Assembly: GCA_036574205.1 (NCBI GenBank)
Contig: JAINCQ010000005.1
Coordinates: forward strand, 1-35,443
From: Elusimicrobiota bacterium
Lineage (GTDB): Bacteria; Elusimicrobiota; Elusimicrobia; Elusimicrobiales; UBA9959
Reading direction: 5' to 3'
Length of the DNA: 35,443 nt
Each line of letters opens with the position of its first letter. Position 1 is the first letter of the stretch. The translations under genes were made by a program, and so were the position numbers. Below the pieces are notes generated by a model. It made no database searches, had not been told where the DNA came from, and was given only the letters and a program-made list of their open reading frames with translations. This document shows positions 9,104-18,031 of the stretch, piece by piece.

Positions 9104-9660
9104 ACCCTTTCCACATATTCAAAAGTTCTGGTATCTACTTTGACTTTATCACCCACGTTTACAAAAAGAGGGACTTTTATCTCAACCCCACTTGAAAGTT
9201 TTGCCGGTTTCATTATATTGCTAACAGAATCTCCTTTTACTCCCGGAACTGTCTCAACCACCTCAAGCACAACTGAGGGGGGAAGTAATATATTAAAAAA
9301 AGAGCCATTTAAGTAAAGTCCTTCAACTTCCATATTTTCCACAAGAAGTTTTATCTGCTCTCCAAGTTTCTCAATTGGAACCCCAACCTGCTCATATGTA
9401 GTCGTGTCCATAAAATAAGCCATATTAGAATCTGAATACATGTAAAGCTTTGGTCTTTTTTCTACCATAACATCCTTAAACTTATCCTCAGGCCTATAAC
9501 TGGTTTCTATAATACCACCTGTTTCAAGATTTTTAAGTTTTACCCGCACAACTGCTTTTGCCTGAGATTTTCTATGATGTTGATAAGAAAGCACCTGAAC
9601 TATCTGACCATTTTCATTAACAAATATTGTTCCCTCTTTAAAATCTGTAGCTAATATCAT
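9100..9660 (-). CDS. efp: Elongation factor P
   Basis: 186 aa; VRVKLKNLETG, PGVKGDSVS...KPAKLSSG...VPLFV...KVDTR...YVER; GGAGG RBS. Confidence 0.95.
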   Translation of the reverse strand: MILATDFKEGTIFVNENGQIVQVLSYQHHRKSQAKAVVRVKLKNLETGGIIETSYRPEDKFKDVMVEKRPKLYMYSDSNMAYFMDTTTYEQVGVPIEKLGEQIKLLVENMEVEGLYLNGSFFNILLPPSVVLEVVETVPGVKGDSVSNIMKPAKLSSGVEIKVPLFVNVGDKVKVDTRTFEYVERV

Positions 9661-9710
9661 AACTCCTCCAGTTATTTACAGTTTTATTTTATTTATTTCA
9701 TACTTATATA

Positions 9711-11000
9711 TTATTTTATCAAATTATTTTCAATACTATCTGAGATGCGTATGGAAAAATAATCTATATATTTTTTATACTCACTTTTTTTATATCCATC
9801 TTTTTCACTATCATAAAGGGCCAGATATTTCTTAAGTGCAATAGAATAAATATCATCTCTAATTTCTATTAATTCATTTGGAAATACCCTCTTTGTTGCT
9901 TCAATAGTTTTTTCAAAAAAACAAATACTTAAAGCAGCCTCTTCCCATCCTATCTTCCTGCAATTTTCCACACACCATGGGATAAAATCAAGAATTAAGA
10001 TTGCGGTTTTTTCTCTTATATCTTTAAGATCATCTTCTGTTTTTTTATAATAAGAAATATTTCTTTCAAGCGATGAAATTGATTTAAAAGCAAGATAATA
10101 ATTTTTTACCTCAAATGAGACATCAAAAATCAGTTTTAAAACATTATAACTGAAAGAAGGCCACAGATCAAGATAAAACTTATTAATAAACTTTTCATAC
10201 TCTTGCCTTTGTTTTTTTATCCGCTCAAAATTAACGACTTCAATATCAACCTCTTTCCTATCACCACCGGCATAGGAAAGAAATTTTTTCTCATCAAGAT
10301 TATCTTTTATTTTCTTTTCCTCCTCAGTTAAACTCACATATCCAGCTGATTCTTTGATATATCTGTCTTTTATAAGCTCTTTATAATCATCGATATTAGA
10401 ACTCATTTCAAAAAGCCCACCCGCACTGTTTGCTGTATAAAAATCAATATATTTATTTAAAATGAGTTTTAATAAAAACTTTTTGTCATTTTTTAGTTTT
10501 TCATAAAAATATAAATCGGAGATAAGATATGCTTCATATTCAAACTCAAGAAAAAAACCTCCTTCTTTCATATGCCTTGCCCCGATATAAATAGAGTCTT
10601 GAAGGGAATGAACAAGTTCATGAAGATAGAGCGCGTCTGTATAATAGATAAACTCTTTTCTTGTTTCGCTAGAAAAATTTAAAACCTCTATTATTTTTTT
10701 ATCATCGTAATCTTTAATTTCGAAAAATATCATAATATATTTGGTGTTAAGATAGATAACATCATTGAAAGTATCATAAGACGCAAGCCAGTTATCTTTT
10801 GAATATCTTAAAAGTGTTTTTGGAATTTTCTTCCTATAATTAAAAAATCTCTTATAAAATTTTTTCCCTGATTCCGTTTTAGTTATTAATTTTCTATACT
10901 CTCTGTTGAGTTTTTTACTAAGCTCATTATCATACTCGTAAGCATTTAGAAAAGGAGGAAGAAAAAAAGAAATTAGAAATATACTTTTAAGTAAATTCAT
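9711..11000 (-). CDS. Hypothetical secreted protein with zincin-type HEXXH motif
   Basis: Signal-like N-terminus; IYLN strand, YLHELVHSLQ, downstream EYEAY. Confidence 0.6.
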   Translation of the reverse strand: MNLLKSIFLISFFLPPFLNAYEYDNELSKKLNREYRKLITKTESGKKFYKRFFNYRKKIPKTLLRYSKDNWLASYDTFNDVIYLNTKYIMIFFEIKDYDDKKIIEVLNFSSETRKEFIYYTDALYLHELVHSLQDSIYIGARHMKEGGFFLEFEYEAYLISDLYFYEKLKNDKKFLLKLILNKYIDFYTANSAGGLFEMSSNIDDYKELIKDRYIKESAGYVSLTEEEKKIKDNLDEKKFLSYAGGDRKEVDIEVVNFERIKKQRQEYEKFINKFYLDLWPSFSYNVLKLIFDVSFEVKNYYLAFKSISSLERNISYYKKTEDDLKDIREKTAILILDFIPWCVENCRKIGWEEAALSICFFEKTIEATKRVFPNELIEIRDDIYSIALKKYLALYDSEKDGYKKSEYKKYIDYFSIRISDSIENNLIK

Positions 11001-11048
11001 AACTTTGTATAATATCTATTAAGCATTTTATAAAATTTGGAGGATAAT

Positions 11049-11261
11049 ATGTCTGACAATAGAACCGGAGATATACTTACAGCGTTTGTAGTAGGCGGAC
11101 TTGTTGGCGCAATAATAGGAATACTATTTGCTCCAGCTGCTGGGAAAGTAACAAGAGAAAGACTTGGAGATTGGGTTGATGAAAAAAAAGAAGACGCAAT
11201 GGAAGCTCTTAAAAAACTTGAAGAAGAGATAAAGAAGAAAAAAGAAGAATTTGTCAAATAA
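11049..11261 (+). CDS. YtxH domain-containing protein
   Basis: AFVVGGLVGAIIGILFAPAAGKVTRERL; GGAGG at 11039-11043 favours ATG 11049. Confidence 0.88.
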   Translation: MSDNRTGDILTAFVVGGLVGAIIGILFAPAAGKVTRERLGDWVDEKKEDAMEALKKLEEEIKKKKEEFVK

Positions 11262-11340
11262 AATTACGAATAAACATAAATTCCCAGAAATAATCAGGAA
11301 AAATAGTAAATTTTGGGAAGAATGTTTTTTTGATCTTATA

Positions 11341-12779
11341 TCAGTTTTTGATATTGGTAATTTTATGAATAATCAGAGGTATAGCAAAACTTAAAATAGT
11401 GCCTATAACAACAAAAGAACTCCAGGGAACTCGAATAATACCCATTTTGTTTAATATCATAAAGGAAAGGCAGACAATAGATGATAAAATCATACAAACG
11501 ACAACGCTTTTAGAATTATTTACCGATGTAAATATCCCTAATAGAAAAACTCCAAGAAGACTTCCAGTTGTTACTCCATTTATCTCAAAAGCAAACCACA
11601 GCATCCCTTCAACATGTCTTGAAATATAAGCTACTGCCCCAAGCGCGCAAGCAAAAAAAATCATTGATATCCTGGATAATCTAATTAGTTTTATCTCCTT
11701 GCTGTTTTTTGAAATATTTCTATATATGTCATTGACAAATGAGGTTGAAAGTGATACAAGCGGAAGATCTATTGAAGCAAGAAATATTGTCAGAAATACA
11801 AAACCTTTAATACCAGATGGGAGAAAATTTACAGCGAAATAGGATACTATTTTATCGCTATTGTCCATATATTGAATGAAATTTATTTTTAAAAAAACAT
11901 AAATAGCAGTTCCAACAGTAAGATACATTATAACAAGTAAGAAGGTAGCTATAATTGTAAAAAACAAACTTTTCTGACTTTCTTTTCTTGTTTCAAGCGT
12001 TAAAAGCCTTTGCATCATTTCATAATCAGTTCCAAAAGATGCCAGGGATCCAAAAACCCCATTTAAAACTGCAAGGATAAGAATATCTGGTTCTTTAAAA
12101 TTAAAGCCTAACTTCAATATTTTAAGTTTATTATCTGCTTTTATAACTTGTAAAAATCCTGCTGAATCAAAACCTGGCGATTGAAAAATAAAAAACAAAA
12201 CTATTGCCGCCATTAAGTAAAAACTTAAAGCCTGATAAACCCCTGTATATAAAACAGACTTTATTCCTCCAAAACTTATGAAGAAAAGGGAGATTAATAG
12301 AAAGATTATTTCGCAATCTCTATCCTTATTCCCATAATTACCGATAAAGCGAGAGCTGTGGCGTAAAGCCTTATCCAGGAGGCAAGAAGCCTTGTAATAA
12401 AGAAAAATATACTTGAAGCATATTGTACCTGCTTTGAAAATCTGACCCCGATAAAATCGTAAATAGTTGTACAGTTATATTTATAAAAAACCGGAATAAA
12501 AAAATAAGCTATTATAATCCGTGAAACCGCTGAGCCTATAAAAAACTGTAGATATGTCCAGTTTTCTTTGAAACTTACTGCAGGCACACCAACTATTGTC
12601 ATCGCACTTACTTCAGCTGCAACAAAAGAAAGCGTTGAAACTAAAATAGGTGTTTTTCTGGACGCAAGGAAAAAATCTGACAAATTTTGTTGCTTTTTTC
12701 CTTTAAGATACCCAATAACTATAAGTACAACTATTCCGGCAAAAAAGACAGTGTAATCGGCAAATGATAGATTAGTCAT
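11341..12779 (-). pseudogene. Sodium:solute symporter (SSS) family, split by a frameshift near 12310
   Basis: 5' part DFFLASR...AAEVSAMTIVGVP. The downstream frame is open from 12309 (FGGIKSVLYTGVYQ) into the 3' part (GTDYEMMQRLL). One added base restores a single gene. Confidence 0.8.
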
Positions 12780-14229
12780 AAATTTTTACTGGCATTTTAC
12801 CATAAACCTCGGATATACCACAAATAGCATCAGCCGCTACTTTTTGGAACTCCTCAAGATCTGAAAAACAACATATTCCAGCCTCTATTTTTTTTAGATA
12901 TCCATCAAAAATGAAAGGGCTGCCAAAAGAAATAAAGATAACTTTTTTACCTGTTAAAATAAGTTTATCAATTTCTTTTTTTTCTTCTTCATTCATATTT
13001 ATGCTACCACTAAAAGCCTTAGGTTTTGAAAATATTCCAACAACAATGGCATCTGAGTTGTTTACTTCGGATTTTATCTCAAAACCATTTTTCATCAATT
13101 CCTTAACAAAAACCTCGCCCTTAATTTCTTTAGTAGAAAGTGTTTCATAATAGTAAATTTTTTTAGGCAAGGGTTCCTTATTTTTCTTAACCCATGAAAT
13201 ACAATGTATAGCGCAATCATAAACAAATTTTTTGTGTTCATTGCAGCCTATAACTGAAATATCCTTAGTTTTATAATTCATTGCTCTTCTTTTAGCTATT
13301 AAAGCATCCTGTCTTCTTATAGCTTTGTTAACCATATCTTCCGTTATTACTCCTCTATTATAATTATCCATTAACGCAGCATAAAGTCTGTATGGATCTT
13401 CAGGATAAAGAAGTATATCCGCGCCGGCAAGAAACGCATTCAATCCGGATTCTATCTCATTAGATATTGCTTTCATCATCAAAGCATCAGTCACAACAAT
13501 TTTTTTATATTGCATCTTTTCCCTTAGCAAATCAGTTATTATATTTTTAGATAATGATGCTGGATTTTTATTATCCATAGACAAAATTTTTAAATGCCCT
13601 ACCATAACCGAATCGGCAAAATCAAGAACTGCTTTGAACGGTAAAAGTTCCATATTTTCAATTTCTTCTTCGCTTTTCCTTATTTCAGGAAGGACAAGAT
13701 GCGAATCAACTGAAGTATCGCCATGTCCGGGAAAATGTTTTATTGAGTTAAGGATATTAAAAGAATTTAATCCCGATATAAATGCTTTTGAAAAAGAAAT
13801 TATTTTTTCAATCTCATCTGAAAAAGCCCTCAAATTTACTATTGGATTAGCATGATTATTTGCAATATCAAGCACAGGAGCAAAAACCCAGTCAACCCCA
13901 AGAGCGTCAGATTCTATTGCTGTTATCTGCCCTTTTCTCACAGCAAAATCAATATTTCCACTTGCGCAGATAGCCATATTGGAAGGAAGTTTTGTCGCTC
14001 CACTAACCCACTGCCCAACCCCATTTTCATAATCAGCTGCGAAAATAACAGGATTTAAAGCATTACTTCTAACCGTTCTTATAAAATCTATAACCTCATC
14101 CAGGCTTCCACCATAAAGACAAAAACCACCTACTCCAAGTTTGACAAGCTTTATCGCATCCTCAACTTTAGACTCTCCGAATCTGAAATGAGGATATATC
14201 AACCTTGCTATTTTTTTTGATATTTCCAT
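12772..14229 (-). CDS. nagZ: GH3 beta-N-acetylhexosaminidase
   Basis: ADYENG, FAPVLDI, KHFPGHGDTSVDSH, VTDALMM. Confidence 0.88.
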   Translation of the reverse strand: MEISKKIARLIYPHFRFGESKVEDAIKLVKLGVGGFCLYGGSLDEVIDFIRTVRSNALNPVIFAADYENGVGQWVSGATKLPSNMAICASGNIDFAVRKGQITAIESDALGVDWVFAPVLDIANNHANPIVNLRAFSDEIEKIISFSKAFISGLNSFNILNSIKHFPGHGDTSVDSHLVLPEIRKSEEEIENMELLPFKAVLDFADSVMVGHLKILSMDNKNPASLSKNIITDLLREKMQYKKIVVTDALMMKAISNEIESGLNAFLAGADILLYPEDPYRLYAALMDNYNRGVITEDMVNKAIRRQDALIAKRRAMNYKTKDISVIGCNEHKKFVYDCAIHCISWVKKNKEPLPKKIYYYETLSTKEIKGEVFVKELMKNGFEIKSEVNNSDAIVVGIFSKPKAFSGSINMNEEEKKEIDKLILTGKKVIFISFGSPFIFDGYLKKIEAGICCFSDLEEFQKVAADAICGISEVYGKMPVKIYD

Positions 14230-14609
14230 TTTGCCTCCATTTTTTTTATTTTATTCCACTGTTTTACAACATCATCACTATTTTTGACAGATGCATTTCC
14301 AAAAACATGAGGATGCCTCCTTACAAGCTTTGAAATCAGTAAATCTATCACATCTGATATATCAAACTTTTTTTTCTTTTTTGCAATCTCGCAATGAAAT
14401 ACAACCTGAAGCAATATATCACCAAGCTCTTCTTTCATATTTTCAAAATCTCTATTTCTCACAGCAATCTTAAACTCTTTGACCTCGCTTTCAAGATGCT
14501 TCAAAAGCGTTTTATGAGTTTGCTCCCTATCCCAAGGACAGCCATCCTTTGAAAGAAGCTTTTCCATTATTTTTAAAAGCCTATTAAATCTTATTCTTTT
14601 GCTTTTCAT
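14208..14609 (-). CDS. mazG: MazG-family nucleotide pyrophosphohydrolase (single domain)
   Basis: GCPWDREQTH, EELGDILLQVVFH, KLVRRHPHVF. Confidence 0.92.
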   Translation of the reverse strand: MKSKRIRFNRLLKIMEKLLSKDGCPWDREQTHKTLLKHLESEVKEFKIAVRNRDFENMKEELGDILLQVVFHCEIAKKKKKFDISDVIDLLISKLVRRHPHVFGNASVKNSDDVVKQWNKIKKMEAKWKYQKK

Positions 14610-14664
14610 AATTTGCTAAAATTAAAGTATATATAATTTTACTTTTCAGCTCAAAGAGGAGATT

Positions 14665-15348
14665 ATGATTAAGACTCAAAATTATTATGAAGTCTTGGAT
14701 AAAGGGTTTGTTAAGCTTATTGATTTTATTGGTGGAGACAAGAAGGTTGTGCTTTCCGCTCGTGTTAGTTTTGATATGACCCTTAAAGGGGAAGAAAAAG
14801 ATAGAAAATTAGTTGAGTATCTTTTAAAACACGGACACTTAACTCCATTTGAACATTCCATATTTCAGTTTCACATCAAAACCCCTATATTTGTCGCAAG
14901 GCAATGGATGAGACACAGATGGGGTTCATATAATGAAGTAAGCGCAAGATACACTGAGGTAAAAGATGAGTTTTATATTCCGAAAAAATTTAGAGCTCAG
15001 GATTTTAAAAACAAACAAGGTTCTGTGGACTCTGAATCAATGAATAACGATGAACTGATAAAAGAATATAAATCTGCCATAGAAAAAGCATATTCTTCAT
15101 ATCAAACTCTTTTAAAAAAAGGAGTTGCAAGAGAGATGGCAAGGATGCTTCTTCCAGTAAGTCAATATACTCAATTTTACTGGACAGTAAACGCAAGAAG
15201 TCTATTAAATTTCCTTAGTTTGAGAATGGACACACATGCGCAATATGAAATAAGGGAATATGCAAATATCATAGCTAAAATATTTGAAGAAAAAATGCCC
15301 TGGACATGGGAGTATTTCAATAAGATATATGTCAATAAAGAAAAATAA
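14665..15348 (+). CDS. thyX: FAD-dependent thymidylate synthase
   Basis: HLTPFEH, RQWMRHRWGSYNEVSARY, HAQYEIREYA. Confidence 0.97.
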   Translation: MIKTQNYYEVLDKGFVKLIDFIGGDKKVVLSARVSFDMTLKGEEKDRKLVEYLLKHGHLTPFEHSIFQFHIKTPIFVARQWMRHRWGSYNEVSARYTEVKDEFYIPKKFRAQDFKNKQGSVDSESMNNDELIKEYKSAIEKAYSSYQTLLKKGVAREMARMLLPVSQYTQFYWTVNARSLLNFLSLRMDTHAQYEIREYANIIAKIFEEKMPWTWEYFNKIYVNKEK

Positions 15349-16159
15349 AATATTTTGTTCCTTTCTAATAATATATATCCTTCCTTTTTGTTTCTTATAT
15401 GGCGAGGCGGGGAAAGTTTATTTTGAAGAAAAAAAAATAGAGGATAAAAAGATAGAGATAATAGTTCCAATATCCGGGATAACTCAGGCATACAATGAAT
15501 ATGATATAAAAGCTGGATTTGACGGCAAAGTTGTTGCGATATTGCCATCTCTATTTGATGTCGTAAAAGCATCAAGCCCGATAGTGAGACTTGTGACTGG
15601 AGAGGTCGCAGCGCTGCTTAAAACTGCTAAAGATGAAAACGAAAAAAAAGAAATACTAAAAAGATGGAAAGGACTTTTTAATTATACCGATATACAAGCA
15701 CCCCATGACGGGATAGTGACAAGGATATATGTAAAAGATGAAAGCTTTATCTCTAAGGGCGATAAGATAATGACAATAGCCAGAAATATGAGGGTAATAG
15801 CTAAAAATACAGAAGAAATTTATATACCTTTAGAAAAAGGACTTAATGGCATAGTTGAAGATAAGAAACTTGGCAAATATAAGCTTACCCTTTATAATTT
15901 TATTCCAGATGGAAAATATTTTTACAAACTTTTTTTTGATTTTGAAGAAATTCCTCAAATAAAACTTGGAGAAAAGGTGGAAGGGGTAATGATGATAGCA
16001 AAGAAACAAAGCGCCAGGGTTGTTCCTTCAGATGATATTATTGAACATAATGGGAAAAAATACATTCTTTTAGAGTTTGAGCCTGGACTTATAACCTCAC
16101 AAGAAGTAGAAATAGCTGGATTTAGGTTAAATTATCTTAGAATAAAAAACGGAGACTGA
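15329..16159 (+). CDS. HlyD / membrane-fusion-adaptor-like periplasmic protein
   Basis: N-terminal hydrophobic anchor; half-lipoyl motifs IKAGFDGKV and IQAPHDGIV; start taken at MSIKK. Confidence 0.65.
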   Translation: MSIKKNKIFCSFLIIYILPFCFLYGEAGKVYFEEKKIEDKKIEIIVPISGITQAYNEYDIKAGFDGKVVAILPSLFDVVKASSPIVRLVTGEVAALLKTAKDENEKKEILKRWKGLFNYTDIQAPHDGIVTRIYVKDESFISKGDKIMTIARNMRVIAKNTEEIYIPLEKGLNGIVEDKKLGKYKLTLYNFIPDGKYFYKLFFDFEEIPQIKLGEKVEGVMMIAKKQSARVVPSDDIIEHNGKKYILLEFEPGLITSQEVEIAGFRLNYLRIKNGD

Positions 16160-16160
16160 T

Positions 16161-16814
16161 ATGAAACTTTTCTCAATATTTACATTTGTCAGGCTTTTAA
16201 ATAAATTTAAAATGCTTGAGCAAAATGAAAAAATAACCCTGAAACAAGATTTTGAAAATATGCTTGCAGGATGTCAGGAAAAAATTTTTTTAAGGACTTA
16301 TTTTGTCAGCGGGCTTAAAGAAGATTGCGATATACTATTCTGGAGAATGCACCCGAGCCTTGATTATCTGCAAGATATATGCGCAAAAACCTTTGCGGTT
16401 GGAATAGGAAAGTATATGGAGATAAGATATACCTATATAGGTGTTAAAGAATTCAAAATTGAAAATATTGAAGAACTAAATTCAAAAATAGGAATATATC
16501 CATATTTCCTTCTTCACCCTTTGAACAAATCATTCAAATGGTACGAATTGTCGGAGGAAGAGAGGAACAATATTATTGAGGAAAGAAAAAAGATTTTTTT
16601 AAACTACAATAAGATACTTGAAAATTTCTTTGTATCTTTTGGAATAGACGATCAGGATATGATAGTTACAAGAGAAGCAGCGGATATAAATGTTTTAGTT
16701 CAGGCAACAGCTGAACTAAAAAAGCAAAAAAGTAAATCATTTACTATTGGAGATAAACCAGTATTTTTATGTATCGGAAAGGATTTACGAGAAATACTTG
16801 ATAACATAAGCTAA
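16161..16814 (+). CDS. Chlorite dismutase / coproheme decarboxylase (ChdC/HemQ)-like protein, degenerate
   Basis: YFVSGLKEDCDILFW, HPLNKSFKWYELSEEER, SFGIDDQD. Confidence 0.75.
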   Translation: MKLFSIFTFVRLLNKFKMLEQNEKITLKQDFENMLAGCQEKIFLRTYFVSGLKEDCDILFWRMHPSLDYLQDICAKTFAVGIGKYMEIRYTYIGVKEFKIENIEELNSKIGIYPYFLLHPLNKSFKWYELSEEERNNIIEERKKIFLNYNKILENFFVSFGIDDQDMIVTREAADINVLVQATAELKKQKSKSFTIGDKPVFLCIGKDLREILDNIS

Positions 16815-16825
16815 GGGGGAAAAAT

Positions 16826-18031
16826 ATGAGAACTATAGGGATAATAATGGCAGGCGGTAAGGGGGAAAGGCTTTATCCGCTGACAAAAGAAAGATCCAAA
16901 CCTGCAGTTCCATTTGCCGGAAAATATAGAATAATTGATTTTGTCCTGTCAAATTTTATAAACTCAGGAATATTCGCAAACTATGTTCTTGTGCAATATC
17001 TTTCCCAGTCTCTTATAGAACATATAAGACAGAACTGGGGAGGAAGCGGAATAACAAAAGATCACTTTATCACAGTTGTTCCACCTCAGATGCGTTTAGG
17101 GGAGATGTGGTATAGAGGAACAGCTGATGCTGTAAAACAAAATCTTAACCTTATTACGGATTATTCTCCAGATTTAGTTGCGATATTTGGCGCCGACCAT
17201 ATATATAGAATGGACATAAGACAGATGATAGAATTTCATTTAAGAAAAAAGGCAGATGTAACTATAAGCGCAATAACAGTTCCAATTAAAGAGGCATCCA
17301 GATTTGGAATTATAATTTCAGATGAAAAAGACAGGGTTTGTGGGTTTGAAGAAAAACCAAAAGATCCAAAACCTCTTCCATTAAATCCAAATCTTGTTTA
17401 TGCGTCTATGGGAAATTATATATTCAATTTTGATGTGTTGCAAAAAATAATGCACGAATTTGCTAATAAAGATGACTGTGATTTTGGAAAAACTATACTT
17501 CCAGCAATATACAAAAAGCATAATGTATTTGCATACAACTACTCAAGCCAGAATCTTCCTGGCATAAAAAAATATGAGGAATCAAATTATTGGAGGGATG
17601 TGGGAACCATACAATCATATTTTGACGCTCATATGGATCTCCTTGGAGAAAAACCACTTCTTGATTTGAATAACTCAAAATGGCCAATAATATCGCAAAA
17701 ATTTATCTCAGGTCCCGCAAAAATAATCCAGTCGGAAATAGAAGACAGTCTTATCTGTGATGGATCAGTAATAAAAAAATCTTCTCTTAAAAGATGTGTT
17801 ATAGCCTCAAATGTTATTATTCATGAAAAATGTGAGCTGAGCGATTGCATAATAATGGATAACTGCGAAATAAGGCCTCAGACAAAAATTAAAAAAGCTA
17901 TAATTGATAGATATAACACTATTGAGGCAAAAACAACTATAGGTTATAATTTTGAAAAAGATGCTCAGAATTACTATATAGACCCAAGCGGAATAGTAAT
18001 CCTCCCAAGAGGAATTTCAAAATGGGAATAA
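16826..18031 (+). CDS. glgC: Glucose-1-phosphate adenylyltransferase
   Basis: AGGKGERLYPLTKERSKPAVPFAGKYRIIDF, WYRGTADAV, ASMGNYIF, YWRDVGT. Confidence 0.97.
   Translation: MRTIGIIMAGGKGERLYPLTKERSKPAVPFAGKYRIIDFVLSNFINSGIFANYVLVQYLSQSLIEHIRQNWGGSGITKDHFITVVPPQMRLGEMWYRGTADAVKQNLNLITDYSPDLVAIFGADHIYRMDIRQMIEFHLRKKADVTISAITVPIKEASRFGIIISDEKDRVCGFEEKPKDPKPLPLNPNLVYASMGNYIFNFDVLQKIMHEFANKDDCDFGKTILPAIYKKHNVFAYNYSSQNLPGIKKYEESNYWRDVGTIQSYFDAHMDLLGEKPLLDLNNSKWPIISQKFISGPAKIIQSEIEDSLICDGSVIKKSSLKRCVIASNVIIHEKCELSDCIIMDNCEIRPQTKIKKAIIDRYNTIEAKTTIGYNFEKDAQNYYIDPSGIVILPRGISKWE

Noticed and set aside
8493..9316. Plus-strand ORFs including the 170-aa 8804..9316
   Set aside because: Antisense to HAD and efp; the same applies to the other short ORFs nested in pilB, nagZ, leuS, the sigma factor and the porin
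10997..11257. 86-aa minus-strand ORF
   Set aside because: Shadow of the YtxH gene, which has the family motif and an RBS
11281..11319. TTCCCAGAA...TTTTGGGAA inverted repeat between convergent genes
   Set aside because: Long loop and weak stem; too uncertain to call a terminator
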